Source: an uncultured Erysipelotrichaceae bacterium (GTDB lineage Bacteria > Bacillota_I > Bacilli_A > RF39 > UBA660). Taken from it: a stretch of DNA of 64,000 nt. The stretch lies in contig CADAWN010000001.1 in the NCBI GenBank assembly GCA_902791625.1, positions 35,333 through 99,332 on the forward strand, in the 5' to 3' direction. The position numbers and the translations under genes are program-made. Positions 26,627 through 36,411 of the stretch are shown piece by piece; the stretch's first letter is position 1; the number at the start of each line of letters is the position of its first letter. Under the pieces are notes generated by a model, which searched no databases, was not told the origin of the DNA, and saw nothing but the letters and a program-made list of their open reading frames with translations.

Positions 26627-27205
26627 CTAAGCGTATACATTACCAATTGCATCTGCAACAGGAGCACCAATTACTAATTTACCATTAGATGCATTAGTTA
26701 CATAAGCATAAACTGTAGTACCTGCTGCAATATCTTCTTGAACTTTCTTCCATAATTGTACAGAAGGAGTGTCATCTTCTTCAGCGTCTGCCTCAAAATA
26801 TGCCTCATCCCAGGCAACTGTGTTAGTACAAATTCTCATACCAGGATCCATATATCCAATTTTTGGTAAGAACTCTCCAGTAATCATAGCAAAATTTCTA
26901 CGACCAGGAGTATACTGATTATAAATCTTTTCTGTTGAATAATTAATTCCCATTGGGAAGCCCTTATCACTTAAAGCTTTTGTAGGAACTGTAGCAGTCT
27001 TATTAGCCTTATCAACCATTAAGAACGCTCCAACTTCTGCATAAATTTTGTTATCATTTGCTTCAGCGGGGGTCATAGGGAAATGAGCAGCGAACTTCTC
27101 TGGGTCAAGCTTGCACTGTGCTTCAACTTGTCCAGCACGATAAGCCCAAGACTGGCTCATTTCAAGTTGTCCAAAACCTTTGCAATCAAAAAATTGAATA
27201 GCCAT
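26627..27205 (-). CDS. Capsid-associated protein (decoration or auxiliary role), 192 aa, TAG-free
   Basis: Intact track ORF between scaffold and MCP. Its start overlaps the scaffold stop (TAATG). Confidence 0.45.
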   Translation of the reverse strand: MAIQFFDCKGFGQLEMSQSWAYRAGQVEAQCKLDPEKFAAHFPMTPAEANDNKIYAEVGAFLMVDKANKTATVPTKALSDKGFPMGINYSTEKIYNQYTPGRRNFAMITGEFLPKIGYMDPGMRICTNTVAWDEAYFEADAEEDDTPSVQLWKKVQEDIAAGTTVYAYVTNASNGKLVIGAPVADAIGNVYA

Positions 27206-28035
27206 TACTTATTACCTCCTAATGTTTTATCAATATAATCCTCCAACGCAGAGTTGCCTTTTTCAACATCATCTGCATTTCCTGTGTAAATAAGAGTCTG
27301 GCTCTGTTCTTGTTTACTAAAGATTGTTGGAGTATTTTTTACAGCAGCAACACATACTTCTTTCTCAAAATCTTCTACTGAATAATTAGCAACATCATTC
27401 TCTAAAGTAGAATATTTTTCTGAAGAAATGTATTCTGAATATTTTTCGAGAATAGATTTCTTTTGCTCTGTTTCGATATTAGCCTTAAATTGAGCAAGTT
27501 CTTCCTTCTCTTTATTTAAGTCAGAATTTAAAGTTTCAAGGCTAGCTTTTTCAGCCTTAATAGCTTCTAATTCTTTCTTAGTTTCTTCTAAACTATTATT
27601 TAATGTTTCAATTTCAGTTACTTTTTCTTCAACTGTCTTATTAGCTTCTGTTAATTGAGAATTAATTTCCTCTTTTTCTGCTGTTAAGTTCTCAATTGCT
27701 TTTACATTAGCATCATAAGTTTCTTTAACTTCGCTTAAGTTATTATTAATTGCCTTTAATGCTTCAAGTGCTAACATTTCATCTTTTGTTACATCAGTAA
27801 TTTCAACTTCCATCTTTTCACCAACAGTAACACTTTCATCAGCATTTACAGTATAATAAGCTCTAATATACTTATCTTCATCTACACTAGCGGCAACTGC
27901 ATAATCAGCATAAACATCCATTAAATAATACTCAAATTTCCATCCGCCTTCTTCATTGAAATTAGGATTAAGAGCAGAAGCAATCTTACGAGCTTTATCA
28001 TTATCAGATAATCTAAATAAGAGTTCCTTTTCCAT
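27205..28035 (-). CDS. Scaffolding protein, 276 aa, TAG-free
   Basis: Intact track ORF with a long acidic coiled-coil centre (..LTAEKEEINSQLTEANKTVEEKVTEIETLNNSLEETKKELEAIKAEK..). It lies between the portal/protease-like genes and the MCP. Confidence 0.7.
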   Translation of the reverse strand: MEKELLFRLSDNDKARKIASALNPNFNEEGGWKFEYYLMDVYADYAVAASVDEDKYIRAYYTVNADESVTVGEKMEVEITDVTKDEMLALEALKAINNNLSEVKETYDANVKAIENLTAEKEEINSQLTEANKTVEEKVTEIETLNNSLEETKKELEAIKAEKASLETLNSDLNKEKEELAQFKANIETEQKKSILEKYSEYISSEKYSTLENDVANYSVEDFEKEVCVAAVKNTPTIFSKQEQSQTLIYTGNADDVEKGNSALEDYIDKTLGGNK

Positions 28036-28098
28036 GTGCTTATCTTCCTCCTTTTTATTGTTATTTGAATCAATATTCTTTATGTAAGAAATTAACTC

Positions 28099-28830
28099 CT
28101 AAACATCCTTTGCTAGACTATAGAACGCCGCACCTTCGAAGCATGGCTCAACTGCTGTACCAAGTGCTTGAAGTCCAAATAAACTACCATCAGTAAAATG
28201 GAAATAAGGTAAACCATCAGCTTCCCATATTCTCCATTCACCTTTATATGTATAAGGATTAATTTCCATTGATTGTGAAGAACCAGGTATTAACTTTGCC
28301 TCTTGATAAAGAGAAGTATATAAAAGTACATCTGCACAAGCGTATGTTCTTATAACACCATCATTATCCATGTGGTCTTCCCAAGCAAAGTTAGGTTCTG
28401 CCATTACAATACCATAAATGCGGCCGTCAGAATTTTTCTCACCATGATCTTCGAAATCGACATCATCTTGATTAAAAATACCTTTAATTGGTGCATATGG
28501 TAAAGATGCTATTAATTTATTTGCAAAATCCTCTGATATATAAGTACGATTTCTATTTAAACCTCTATAGAAAATTCGTACTCTGCACTTGGATTTGCTA
28601 TCATCGAATTTCTCAACATTACCATATAAACTAACATCGAACTTCAGATTTACTTCCTTACCTAAAACCGCATCTTTACCGTATGTTTGAGGAATATACG
28701 CTAAGTTTGTAGTCGCGGCACCGGGTAAGGAGATGGGTAATGGAGTTCCAATGCCAGTAATTTCATATGGAGCAGTTCCAGTTCCAGTACTAGTAATCTA
28801 TAAAGAATTACTTGTTATTAACTCTCCCAT
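28099..28830 (-). CDS. Prohead-protease-like or head-maturation protein, 243 codons
   Basis: ATG at 28828-28830 follows GGAGGAGGG. The frame matches track ORF 28099..28404, with one TAG near the N-terminus. The gene lies between portal and scaffold. The family assignment rests on position plus weak resemblance. Confidence 0.4.
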
Positions 28831-30374
28831 TATTTACCCTCCTCCTTCTCTTCTTTATTTTCTGGCTCTTCTTTTTCTTTATTTTCTGCTTGCTATTCTT
28901 TTTCTTTATCTCTACCTTCTGAACTTTGCCCCTTAGTATCGCCCATTGGTTCTCCAGAAGCTTTTCCAGACTATGTATATGAGGATTGTAAAGGTTTAAG
29001 TATTTCATCAAGTTCAAGCAAATCATTTTCAAGAGCCTTAAGATTAGCTAAATTAGTCTAATCTAATCCAGTAACAGCAATAGGAGTAAGGAAGCTATAT
29101 CCAAATGATGCCTATTTTTCTGCTCTTTCGCTATATTCTTTAGCATTATATCTTGTAACTGGAAGAATAATTAATCTAAACTTAACTTTATCATTAGCAA
29201 ATTTATAATTTAATAAAGTTGTAAAGAAGTGAGCAAATCTATCTCCTAATACCATCATCATAGATAAATCGTTATTTGTTGAATATTGTAAACCAGCTTC
29301 AGTTGTAGAGAAAAAGAACTCTTTAGATAAACCAGCAGACTCATAAATTAAATTTAATACATTATTAACTTCTGTCTTTTGGTCATCTTTACTACTTAAA
29401 TCTAATAAATCAATTTTTCCATAAGTTGTAATAACATCAACATCTTCATTATTTTTAAGCATTTCACAAGTTCCCCTGTGCATTTCATATGCTTCATCTG
29501 GTTCAAAAATTAACTCTCCGTTATTATCAATAGGCATTATCTAAGCAATAATTCTTTTTAAAGCCTATTTATTTCTTTGCTTATCTAATTCCTTATAATC
29601 ATCTAAATCAACAAGTAAAGGAATTAAGTCTAAGAAAAATGGTCTTTCTTCAAAAAATGAAAAATAAATTCCCATTTCCGCAGGTAAGAAAATCCACTTA
29701 CTTTTTTTATCTTTTGTATTTTTATTATTTTTATATTTCTTATACTCCTTTTGGATGAGTTTAGGATAAGTTCTTAATATTTCTGTTCTTAGTGTATTGT
29801 CTCTAATACTATCAAAAAACTCTAAATTAAATTCAACTATATCAATATCATCCTAGTTTTTAAACCTTGTTCTACAATAATTAAAAGGCAAATCCTAAAT
29901 TACAACCTTATCTCCATTATCGTGTAATAAGCCATAATAAGCTCCCGTTACTAAAATATCTTTAGCAAAAATAGCACATTTTCTCTAAATTTGGAAAGTA
30001 GTACAAAAATCAGTAGCATCATAATAAGCTTTTTTAATAGCTTTATCCGTAATCTATACGGGTTTAGTTCGTCCAGTGTCGTGTTTAAGATAAGGAACAA
30101 CTATCCAAGCATAAGATAAAAAAGTTGCATAGTGAATAATGGCTCTTTTATAAATACCACTAATTGTAAAAAAGTATTTAGATAATTCAGCTCTTTCAGT
30201 ACTTGTTCCACCTTCAACTATTTGCATTATATCTTCTTTTTTATATTTTTTAAACTTAACTTTCTAATCTTTTTTATCGCTTTTAATATATGCACTATCA
30301 GAGGTTGCTATCATTTCACTTATAGCTTTTTTAAACTACGTTACTCTATTATCTGTCGCAGGTGTGCTATCCAT
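28830..30374 (-). CDS. Portal protein, about 514 codons, TAG-containing
   Basis: ATG is at 30372-30374, with an alternative TTG at 30383 nearer to GGAGGTGA. The frame matches track ORF 29112..29537. The stop TAA at 28830 overlaps the next ATG. Size and position directly after TerL fit a portal, as does the acidic C-terminal tail. Confidence 0.65.
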
Positions 30375-30385
30375 ACTTATCAATA

Positions 30386-32182
30386 TTACTCACCTCCACG
30401 TCTAAAGAAAACTAACTATCTTTTTAGTCCTCTATTTTTCTTCTTAGCGTTTTCTTGTCTTTCATAATCGCAAACTCTAGATACACCCATTTCAAAAGCT
30501 GAAAATTTATCTTTTGTCATACGAGTATTTATTTGTTCAACAGCAAGTTTATTACTTGTTGCAGTTTGTTTAATCCTTAAGTTAACAATTTCATTAAATA
30601 AAGAGGTTGTTAATTCGTGTGGAAGTAAACGAGCAGCACGTTCCTCAATAGACATTTTTTTACTTAATGCTTTACTTAATAGTTTTTCTCTAGCCTTCTT
30701 TTCAGAAATCAAAAAATTGATACAACCACTATTGATTTTTGAAATTAAATCTGAGTGGAAACGACTGTTATCATCTGGCGTAGCTTTAACACCATATAAA
30801 ATTTTTGCACAATTTTTAGGCTAGATAGCTTTATATTCATCTCTATTTGAAAAGCCGTAAGCAGGAAAGATTTCTCCTGTTCTTGGGTCCTATGTAGGTT
30901 TAATCATCTCGTCAGCTAAACCAACACCTAAACCATTTATATCTATTACACATTCTTTAGGATTAAAATTCTTAATTAGCCTTTTTAAATCCGCAGCCTA
31001 ATAGGTAAACTATTTTTCTGTTTCAGTTAATCCTAAAACATAAATATTTACCAAATTTATTCGATAAGGCTCTCCTGGAAATACTTTTAAAACTGTTACA
31101 ACAGTCTAACAAAGTCGTCTCGCAACATCCACTGCTAATAAGTAAAAAGCTTTAGAATCTTCTCTAATTTTTTCCTTGACTTCTGGGTTATTAAGTTTTC
31201 TATGAATTTCCAATTTACTATATTTAATCCAAGCTTCTTCTGTAGAACCTACAAATCTACTCATATACTCTTTTGCAAAGCCAGCTTCACTAAAAGTTGA
31301 AGACATTCTCATTTCATTCAAGAAGTCTTTAGAAAGTAACCCAGTCTTTACTGGAATACGATAATCAAAGCCCCAAACAAAAACGTTATGTGGCTAAAGT
31401 ATTGAAAGTTCAAATAATTCAACAGTTTTATCATAAGCAAAAGTGTTACGTTCTGCGGCAGAAGAAATCCACATTTGAACTTGTTGCGGCTCATATGGAT
31501 TTTTATCCTAGTTTGCCATTGGCCTATCAACGTTCAATAGCGGAAGAATAATCTCGGATATATCATCTGGTAAATGGTCCCTGAACTCGTCAAGGATGCC
31601 CGCAGTAGCACGATTACCACGCGTTGAGTTCAAAGGTGACATGATGTCCATTATAGAGCCATTTCTAAAGGTTAATTTAACATAATCAGGACCAAAGTTA
31701 CCATCACCAACAATCTCTTCTTTAAGCAGCGGCATTAAATCCCATAACTAGTGAATCTTTTGATTAGCAATTTTAGAACCCTATGCTTTACCAGGAGCGC
31801 ACTAGAAGACGTGACTTCCTGGTCTAAATATACAGATTAAATATAAAGCTAATATACAAATAAAAGACTTACCTGCGGCACGAGGTGCAATTGTCAATAT
31901 ACGCCCATGTCGTAAACAAACTCTTAAAAATAAAATCTAAAAAAACTTTAGTTTAAATTTAGATGTAGATGGTGTAATTTGTTTTAAATATAAATCTGGA
32001 TATGTACTCCATAACCAACAGTAATGTTTATATAAATCAAAATTCCTATCAATTCTATCTTTTGTTATAACAGCACCTTTTTCTAATTCTATACCATCTT
32101 TAACAAAAGTCTATGCTGTTCTAGCAAGAGTGTAATGAATTGTATTTAATATAGCGGAGGGCTATTCAATATTTATATCCAT
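30386..32182 (-). CDS. terL: Terminase large subunit, about 598 codons, TAG-containing
   Basis: ATG at 32180-32182 follows ACGGAGGT. Track ORFs 30416..30712, 31106..31321 and 31508..31735 share its frame. There is a Walker A-like APRAAGKS motif, a GILDEFRD (Walker B-like) motif and a nuclease-half-like C-terminus. The stop is TAA at 30386. Confidence 0.8.
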
Positions 32183-32196
32183 TTTATTTACCTCCG

Positions 32197-33126
32197 TTAA
32201 ATTTCTACTTCAAATTCATCATCAACTAATTTTTCTCCGCCTTGCTCTTTAAGATATTCTCTAAACTCTTTTTCGTTGAAGGTTTCTCCACTAAGTTTGG
32301 CACTAGTTTTTAAATTTTCAATTCTTGCTTCAATTTCTTCAGGAATATTAGTATCGCTAACATATAAATACTAATTCCACAATTTTATATCTTTTATTGA
32401 AAAATCAACTTCATCTCTTACAACATCATCATAATATTCATTAACCCAACCTTTTTTCTCTAAGTATGCGAAAATTTCACCAACAGAACTAAATTCATTA
32501 GCATCCTAAATAATTTTAGGAGTAAAATTAGCAAGTTTTGATAACTAATCATAAGATTTTAATTCTTTTGAAAAATCAGAACCTTCTCTAATTTTTTGTT
32601 CAATCAAAAGTGAAATCTTACATAGTTTTAATGCCTGGTCTTCATTTAATGCTCCAACAATATTCTAACTATCTAACATACCTTTATGAAGATTTTCAAG
32701 GTACTCTAATTCTTCATCATCGTAACTCTATCCCCATTTCATAGCTAATTTTCTTTTTTTATTCTCTCTTACACTAGGCATTGCATCAGTAACTCTTTGT
32801 TCCTCTTGAAGCTGTAAATAAACCTCATTATACATTTTCCAATCAAGAGTATCATAAGGAGCAGAACGAAAAATACTTGCATAAATACCAAAAGCATCTT
32901 TGCCCTATCCCTAATAAATTTTTTCCCATTGCTCTGGAACAAAAGGAATATCAGCCCATTGACATATTTTATCAACAGTATTCCACTTATTCTCAGATTC
33001 TTCAATCATTTTTGCTAAGCAGTCGCGGCATATTGGTAAACTTCCATTATGAATAGGAGAATTAACTGCAATATAATTGGCAGTTGTTTTTTCTTGCTAG
33101 CATTTTAGACATTTTTTTAATGCCAT
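32197..33126 (-). CDS. Putative small terminase / packaging accessory protein with an N-terminal zinc ribbon, 309 codons
   Basis: ATG at 33124-33126 follows AGAGGTGA. Manual translation gives MALKKCLKC*QEKT..LPICRDCLAKMIEESE.., open to TAA at 32197 with about 9 TAGs. The gene lies immediately upstream of terL. Confidence 0.4.
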
Positions 33127-33158
33127 TTATATCACCTCTTCGATTATTCTTATAAAAC

Positions 33159-33255
33159 ACTTTGTGCCGCGACTGCATAAAATTTTGAATATGTCTAGAC
33201 AAAAACTATGCCTATGTTAATCACTATTCAAAACTTTTTGTAGTCGCGGCACAAA
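33159..33255. repeat. Long GC-clamped inverted repeat between the 33275..33583 gene and the terS-like gene
   Basis: TTTGTGCCGCGACTGCATAAAATTTTGAATA (33161-33191) is nearly the reverse complement of TATTCAAAACTTTTTGTAGTCGCGGCACAAA (33225-33255). The loop is about 33 bp. Confidence 0.8.
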
Positions 33256-33274
33256 ATAAGTAATAATTTAATTT

Positions 33275-33583
33275 TTATTCTCCAATTTTTTCTTCTTTTG
33301 TTTTTATCTCGCTTTTTTCTCTAAACTTTTTTCTTAATTCAGTATTAAAATTCTCTCCTCTCATTGCAAACGACTAAGCAGCAGTTAAAAATTTTTTCTA
33401 TTCTCTTTTAGGAAGTTCAGTATATTTTGTAACCATATCGGTCAAATACTCTTCAAAGTCATCTTGTTCTTCTACTTTTAATAGTTTGCCAAAAGTAAGT
33501 AAATCAGTTATCTAGAAATACTATAAATAACTAATGAACTATAAAGCATCTTTAGCTACTTTATCTTTTCTTTTAAATTTCAT
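33275..33583 (-). CDS. Hypothetical small late protein, 102 codons, TAG-containing
   Basis: ATG at 33581-33583 follows GGAGGATT. Manual translation is open to TAA at 33275 with 5 TAGs. Confidence 0.45.
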
Positions 33584-33668
33584 TTTTAATCCTCCATTAA
33601 TGTAAGCTTCTTATGTAGGTGGATTTTCTAATAATTTTGTAGTCGCGGCACCGAGTCCACAATAAGCT

Positions 33669-34856
33669 TTACTTATTATTCTACCTTAGCTCTCGATCGC
33701 ATTGCTTACATCTACCTGTAAGCCCGTCTAAAGCTTTTGCCTTTCTAACAAAATTCCTAGGGTCTCTCAACAAAACCTTTCCACATCTGCTACATTTCTT
33801 CCAAGCTTTTTCATAATCTTTACTTAAAAATTCATCATAATTTAATTCAACTGCATTACTAATCAATTCTAAGCTTTTGTTCCAAATTGTACTAATATAA
33901 TTATCTTTATGGTCAATACCTAATTCTTTATTAAGTTTTTCTCTAATTTCTTTAATCTAAAGTTTCTATTTCTTTCCTTCAACAATTAATTTCTACTAAG
34001 GACTTAAATTAGCTTTTTCAATATAAAAATCAAGTGTCCAAAGTATATTGTGAATTAAACTATCTGGCTAATTTCTAACCTAATCTTCTAAATCTAAATA
34101 AAACTAAATTAAAAAATATAAATGGTCAATATTCCTAAAATCTAAATAAGGTTTTCCACTCTAAATAATTTCTTCTTCGTTTTCAACTGCTTTAGCAACC
34201 CTCTCATTATCATAATAAGGATTCTCAAATTTAAAATCATTAATAGAATTTTTTAATCCTCTTGGTAAAATAGGGAAATTAACCTATTTGTCTGTACTAT
34301 TTCCATGAAATTCTGCCTTGTTCTTTTTTGCCCTAAAGGTAGGGTAAAAAGCGTCAAGCAAATCATACTATTGCTAATACTATTCAATTAACTAGTGTCT
34401 TAAATAATAAAGCTAAGTCTAGTTTAAAGTTGGGGTATCACTTGTCTTTTCTATTTTTCCTGTATTCTCATCATAAACCCTTTTTAATCTATCAATGGTT
34501 TCCCATAGTTGCTAAAATTCTGATAAATGTTCAACTTTATCTCTATAATCCTTAATATCGGGTTTAACTTTTTTATAAATATTCTTTTCTTTTAAGAAAA
34601 TATTTTCGTCAAAAGTTGGACTTTCAAGTAAAGCTTCTAAACTAACAGTTCTATTTTTTTGGAAAGAACTAAACTTTGCTTTAATCTAAACTTCTTTTCT
34701 ATCAACTATGGAGGTGCCATCTTCGTCCTTTCCATAGAGTACATAATTGGTAACGGTTTCTAATTCGGTTTTTGTTAGTGTAGATAAATCAATTGATTTA
34801 ATTGCTTCAAGTCTATCTTTTGCTGAAACTATATTAAAGTCTAGTTTAAACTTCAA
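33669..34856 (-). CDS. Putative late transcription regulator (sigma-70 region-4-like HTH plus C-terminal CxxC..CxxC zinc ribbon), 395 codons, about 18 TAGs
   Basis: TTG start at 34854-34856 lies 5 nt after GGAGGTGAG. The frame matches track ORF 33681..33866. The segment ANLSP**KLIVEGKK*KL*IKEIREKLNKELGIDHKDNYISTIWNKSLELIS looks like an HTH, followed by CSRCGK..CKQCD. It is the first gene of the late operon. Confidence 0.4.
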
Positions 34857-34876
34857 CTTTTCTCACCTCCAATTAT

Positions 34877-34905
34877 ATTATACTCGAAAATTTTTGGAAA
34901 GTCAA
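34877..34905 (-). promoter_or_regulatory. Sigma-70/sigmaA-type promoter for the late-regulator gene
   Basis: The minus strand reads TTGACT (34905-34900), a 17-nt spacer, then TATAAT (34882-34877). The RBS and TTG start lie about 15-25 nt downstream. Confidence 0.65.
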
Positions 34906-35071
34906 GAGATTAGGTTTAGACTAAGAATTTAGATCTAAGTTGGAATTTTGGGGGGATAGATCTAAATTGAAAATTTTAAGGATATGATTTTTGTTCTAGG
35001 GGATAGGGGTTCAGAAAAAATGAACAAATTGTTAAAAATTTGTAGCCCCCGTATGAATTAGTTAAGTAAAA

Positions 35072-35108
35072 TGCTACAAAAAAAAATAGGCGGTCAAACT
35101 TGACCGCC
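35072..35108 (-). terminator. Intrinsic terminator after gene 35115..35618
   Basis: On the minus strand, GGCGGTCAAGTTTGACCGCC is followed by a T9 run. Confidence 0.75.
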
Positions 35109-35114
35109 ATATTA

Positions 35115-35618
35115 TTATGTGTGTGCTTTTTTGTTTGTCGTTCCTGCGCTTCCGTGACTGTTTGGTTTAACTATACTACATTTGACTTGATACAGTTTAT
35201 TGTTGTTTGTTCCTATTAGGTCAACGCATTTTCTGTCATATTTTGCGGAGGCTTTTTTGAAAAGTCCGGTATTTACAAGAGCTTTTTCGATAGCGTAACC
35301 TAAGTTACAATTATTTTCCGTTGCTATCTCTTGCAAATTGTCAACGGTAGTTGCAAAATCAATTAAATAATTAGAGTAAAAGCGGTTAAGGTTTATTATA
35401 CACATTTTATCCGCTTTAAAGGCGTTGTTTGTGCACTCTCTACCAAAAAGCATTGACTTTAAGTTATTATCGCTTTTAAGTGCTTTATATGGTATTGCAT
35501 AAACTACCACAAAATCACTTTTCCATGTACTATTTGTTACAACTAAAAGTGTGCTTGCAAGTCCATAGATATTAGCGTGAATACTATCGTTTGTGTAATT
35601 GTCGTTTCTGTTTGTCAT
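35115..35618 (-). CDS. Hypothetical protein (167 aa), standard code
   Basis: Track ORF, with a likely start at the internal ATG (MTNRNDN..) after GGAAGGA. A terminator lies downstream. Confidence 0.6.
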   Translation of the reverse strand: MTNRNDNYTNDSIHANIYGLASTLLVVTNSTWKSDFVVVYAIPYKALKSDNNLKSMLFGRECTNNAFKADKMCIINLNRFYSNYLIDFATTVDNLQEIATENNCNLGYAIEKALVNTGLFKKASAKYDRKCVDLIGTNNNKLYQVKCSIVKPNSHGSAGTTNKKAHT

Positions 35619-36027
35619 AAAAAACACGTCCTTCCAAAAATATAAATATTTGTTATTGTAAAGCCGTTTGCTTTACTAAATATTATTATACTCATTTTTG
35701 CGTATTTGTCAATAGAAAATGCAAAATTTTTTTATTGTAATATTGCACAAACTTTTTTATCTTTTTTTGTGCATTTTTAAACTGTCCAAAAAATCGTACA
35801 CAGTCCAAAAAATTGTACACTTTATATTTTTACAAATATATCCATTTTATACATTTACAATTATTTACAATAAACATACTAAAATAATATACTTTAAAAC
35901 TTTAAGATAATAAACATACTAAAATAGTATACTTTAATACTTTAATATACTAAAATATACTAAAATAATATATTTTAATTTGCTAAAGTGCTAAAATATT
36001 AACAAATTGTAAACTTTGCGTTAGTCC

Positions 36028-36056
36028 TTTACATTTTACCTCAAAAGTGGTATAAT
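36028..36056 (+). promoter_or_regulatory. Promoter driving an apparently non-coding ~350-nt region
   Basis: TTTACA, a 17-nt spacer, then TG-extended TATAAT (gtggTATAAT). No RBS-led ORF occurs before the terminator at 36390-36411. Confidence 0.5.
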
Positions 36057-36093
36057 AACATTGTATTAAAGAGAAATACACAAAACATTCATA

Positions 36094-36114
36094 ATTTGTG
36101 CAGTTTGCACAAAT
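36094..36114. repeat. Perfect 9-3-9 palindrome ATTTGTGCA-GTT-TGCACAAAT (operator-like)
   Basis: Read directly from the sequence. TTTGTGCA half-sites recur at about 35745, 35772, 37682, 45945 and 50085. Confidence 0.8.
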
Positions 36115-36184
36115 ATTAAGAGAAAAGAGATGAAATGTTAATGAATTGTAAAATTTTAATGAATTTGTTTAATTCAATAATCAA

Positions 36185-36261
36185 TTCACACAATATTCAC
36201 ACAAATGTAACAATTTGTTCACATTTAACTTTATTCACAGATTGTTCACATATTGTTCACA
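36185..36261 (+). repeat. Array of six (T/A)TTCACA boxes
   Basis: TTCACA starts at 36185, 36196, 36218, 36234, 36245 and 36256. The spacings are 11, 22, 16, 11 and 11 bp. Confidence 0.8.
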
Positions 36262-36318
36262 ACTCAAACACATTTCATTTATAACTATTATATACTATAT
36301 ATTATAAACTATAAGCTA

Positions 36319-36352
36319 CGAGCTAAGCGAGCTATCAAATTATGAACGAGCT
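36319..36352 (+). repeat. Three CGAGCTA repeats
   Basis: CGAGCT occurs at 36319, 36328 and 36347. The same core is repeated six times at 52277-52397. Confidence 0.75.
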
Positions 36353-36389
36353 ATTAACAGTGCGACAGAACATAGGCGGCAAAAAGAAA

Positions 36390-36411
36390 AGAGGGAATAT
36401 TCCCTCTTTTT
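36390..36411. terminator. Bidirectional hairpin terminator
   Basis: AGAGGGAATATTCCCTCT is flanked by A- and T-runs and abuts the stop of 36410..36649. Confidence 0.65.

Noticed and set aside
28706-28722. The 16-mer GTTTGTAGTCGCGGCAC inside the protease-like gene could be an internal promoter.
   Set aside because: It is on the strand opposite to transcription and encodes LPGAATTN in frame. No -10 element or downstream gene fits. I recorded it only as one member of the enriched-motif family.
1-34856. The fragmented ORFs could mean a decayed or pseudogenised prophage, or poor sequence quality.
   Set aside because: The interruptions are exclusively TAG. Reading frames stay constant over many kb, and gene order and motifs are intact. 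TAA and TGA appear only at sensible gene ends. Random decay would also produce frameshifts and the other stop codons.
1-34856. TGA (opal) could be reassigned instead of, or as well as, TAG.
   Set aside because: TGA terminates several genes at points where the next gene's RBS and start follow immediately (15681, 23339, 24308). I met no in-frame TGA in any stretch that I translated codon by codon.
36123-36290. A ~50-codon ORF (MNCKILMNLFNSIINSHNIH..) runs through the TTCACA box array.
   Set aside because: It has no RBS. Its sequence is dictated by the DNA repeats (recurring SH and IH). It is more plausibly a binding-site array or ncRNA.
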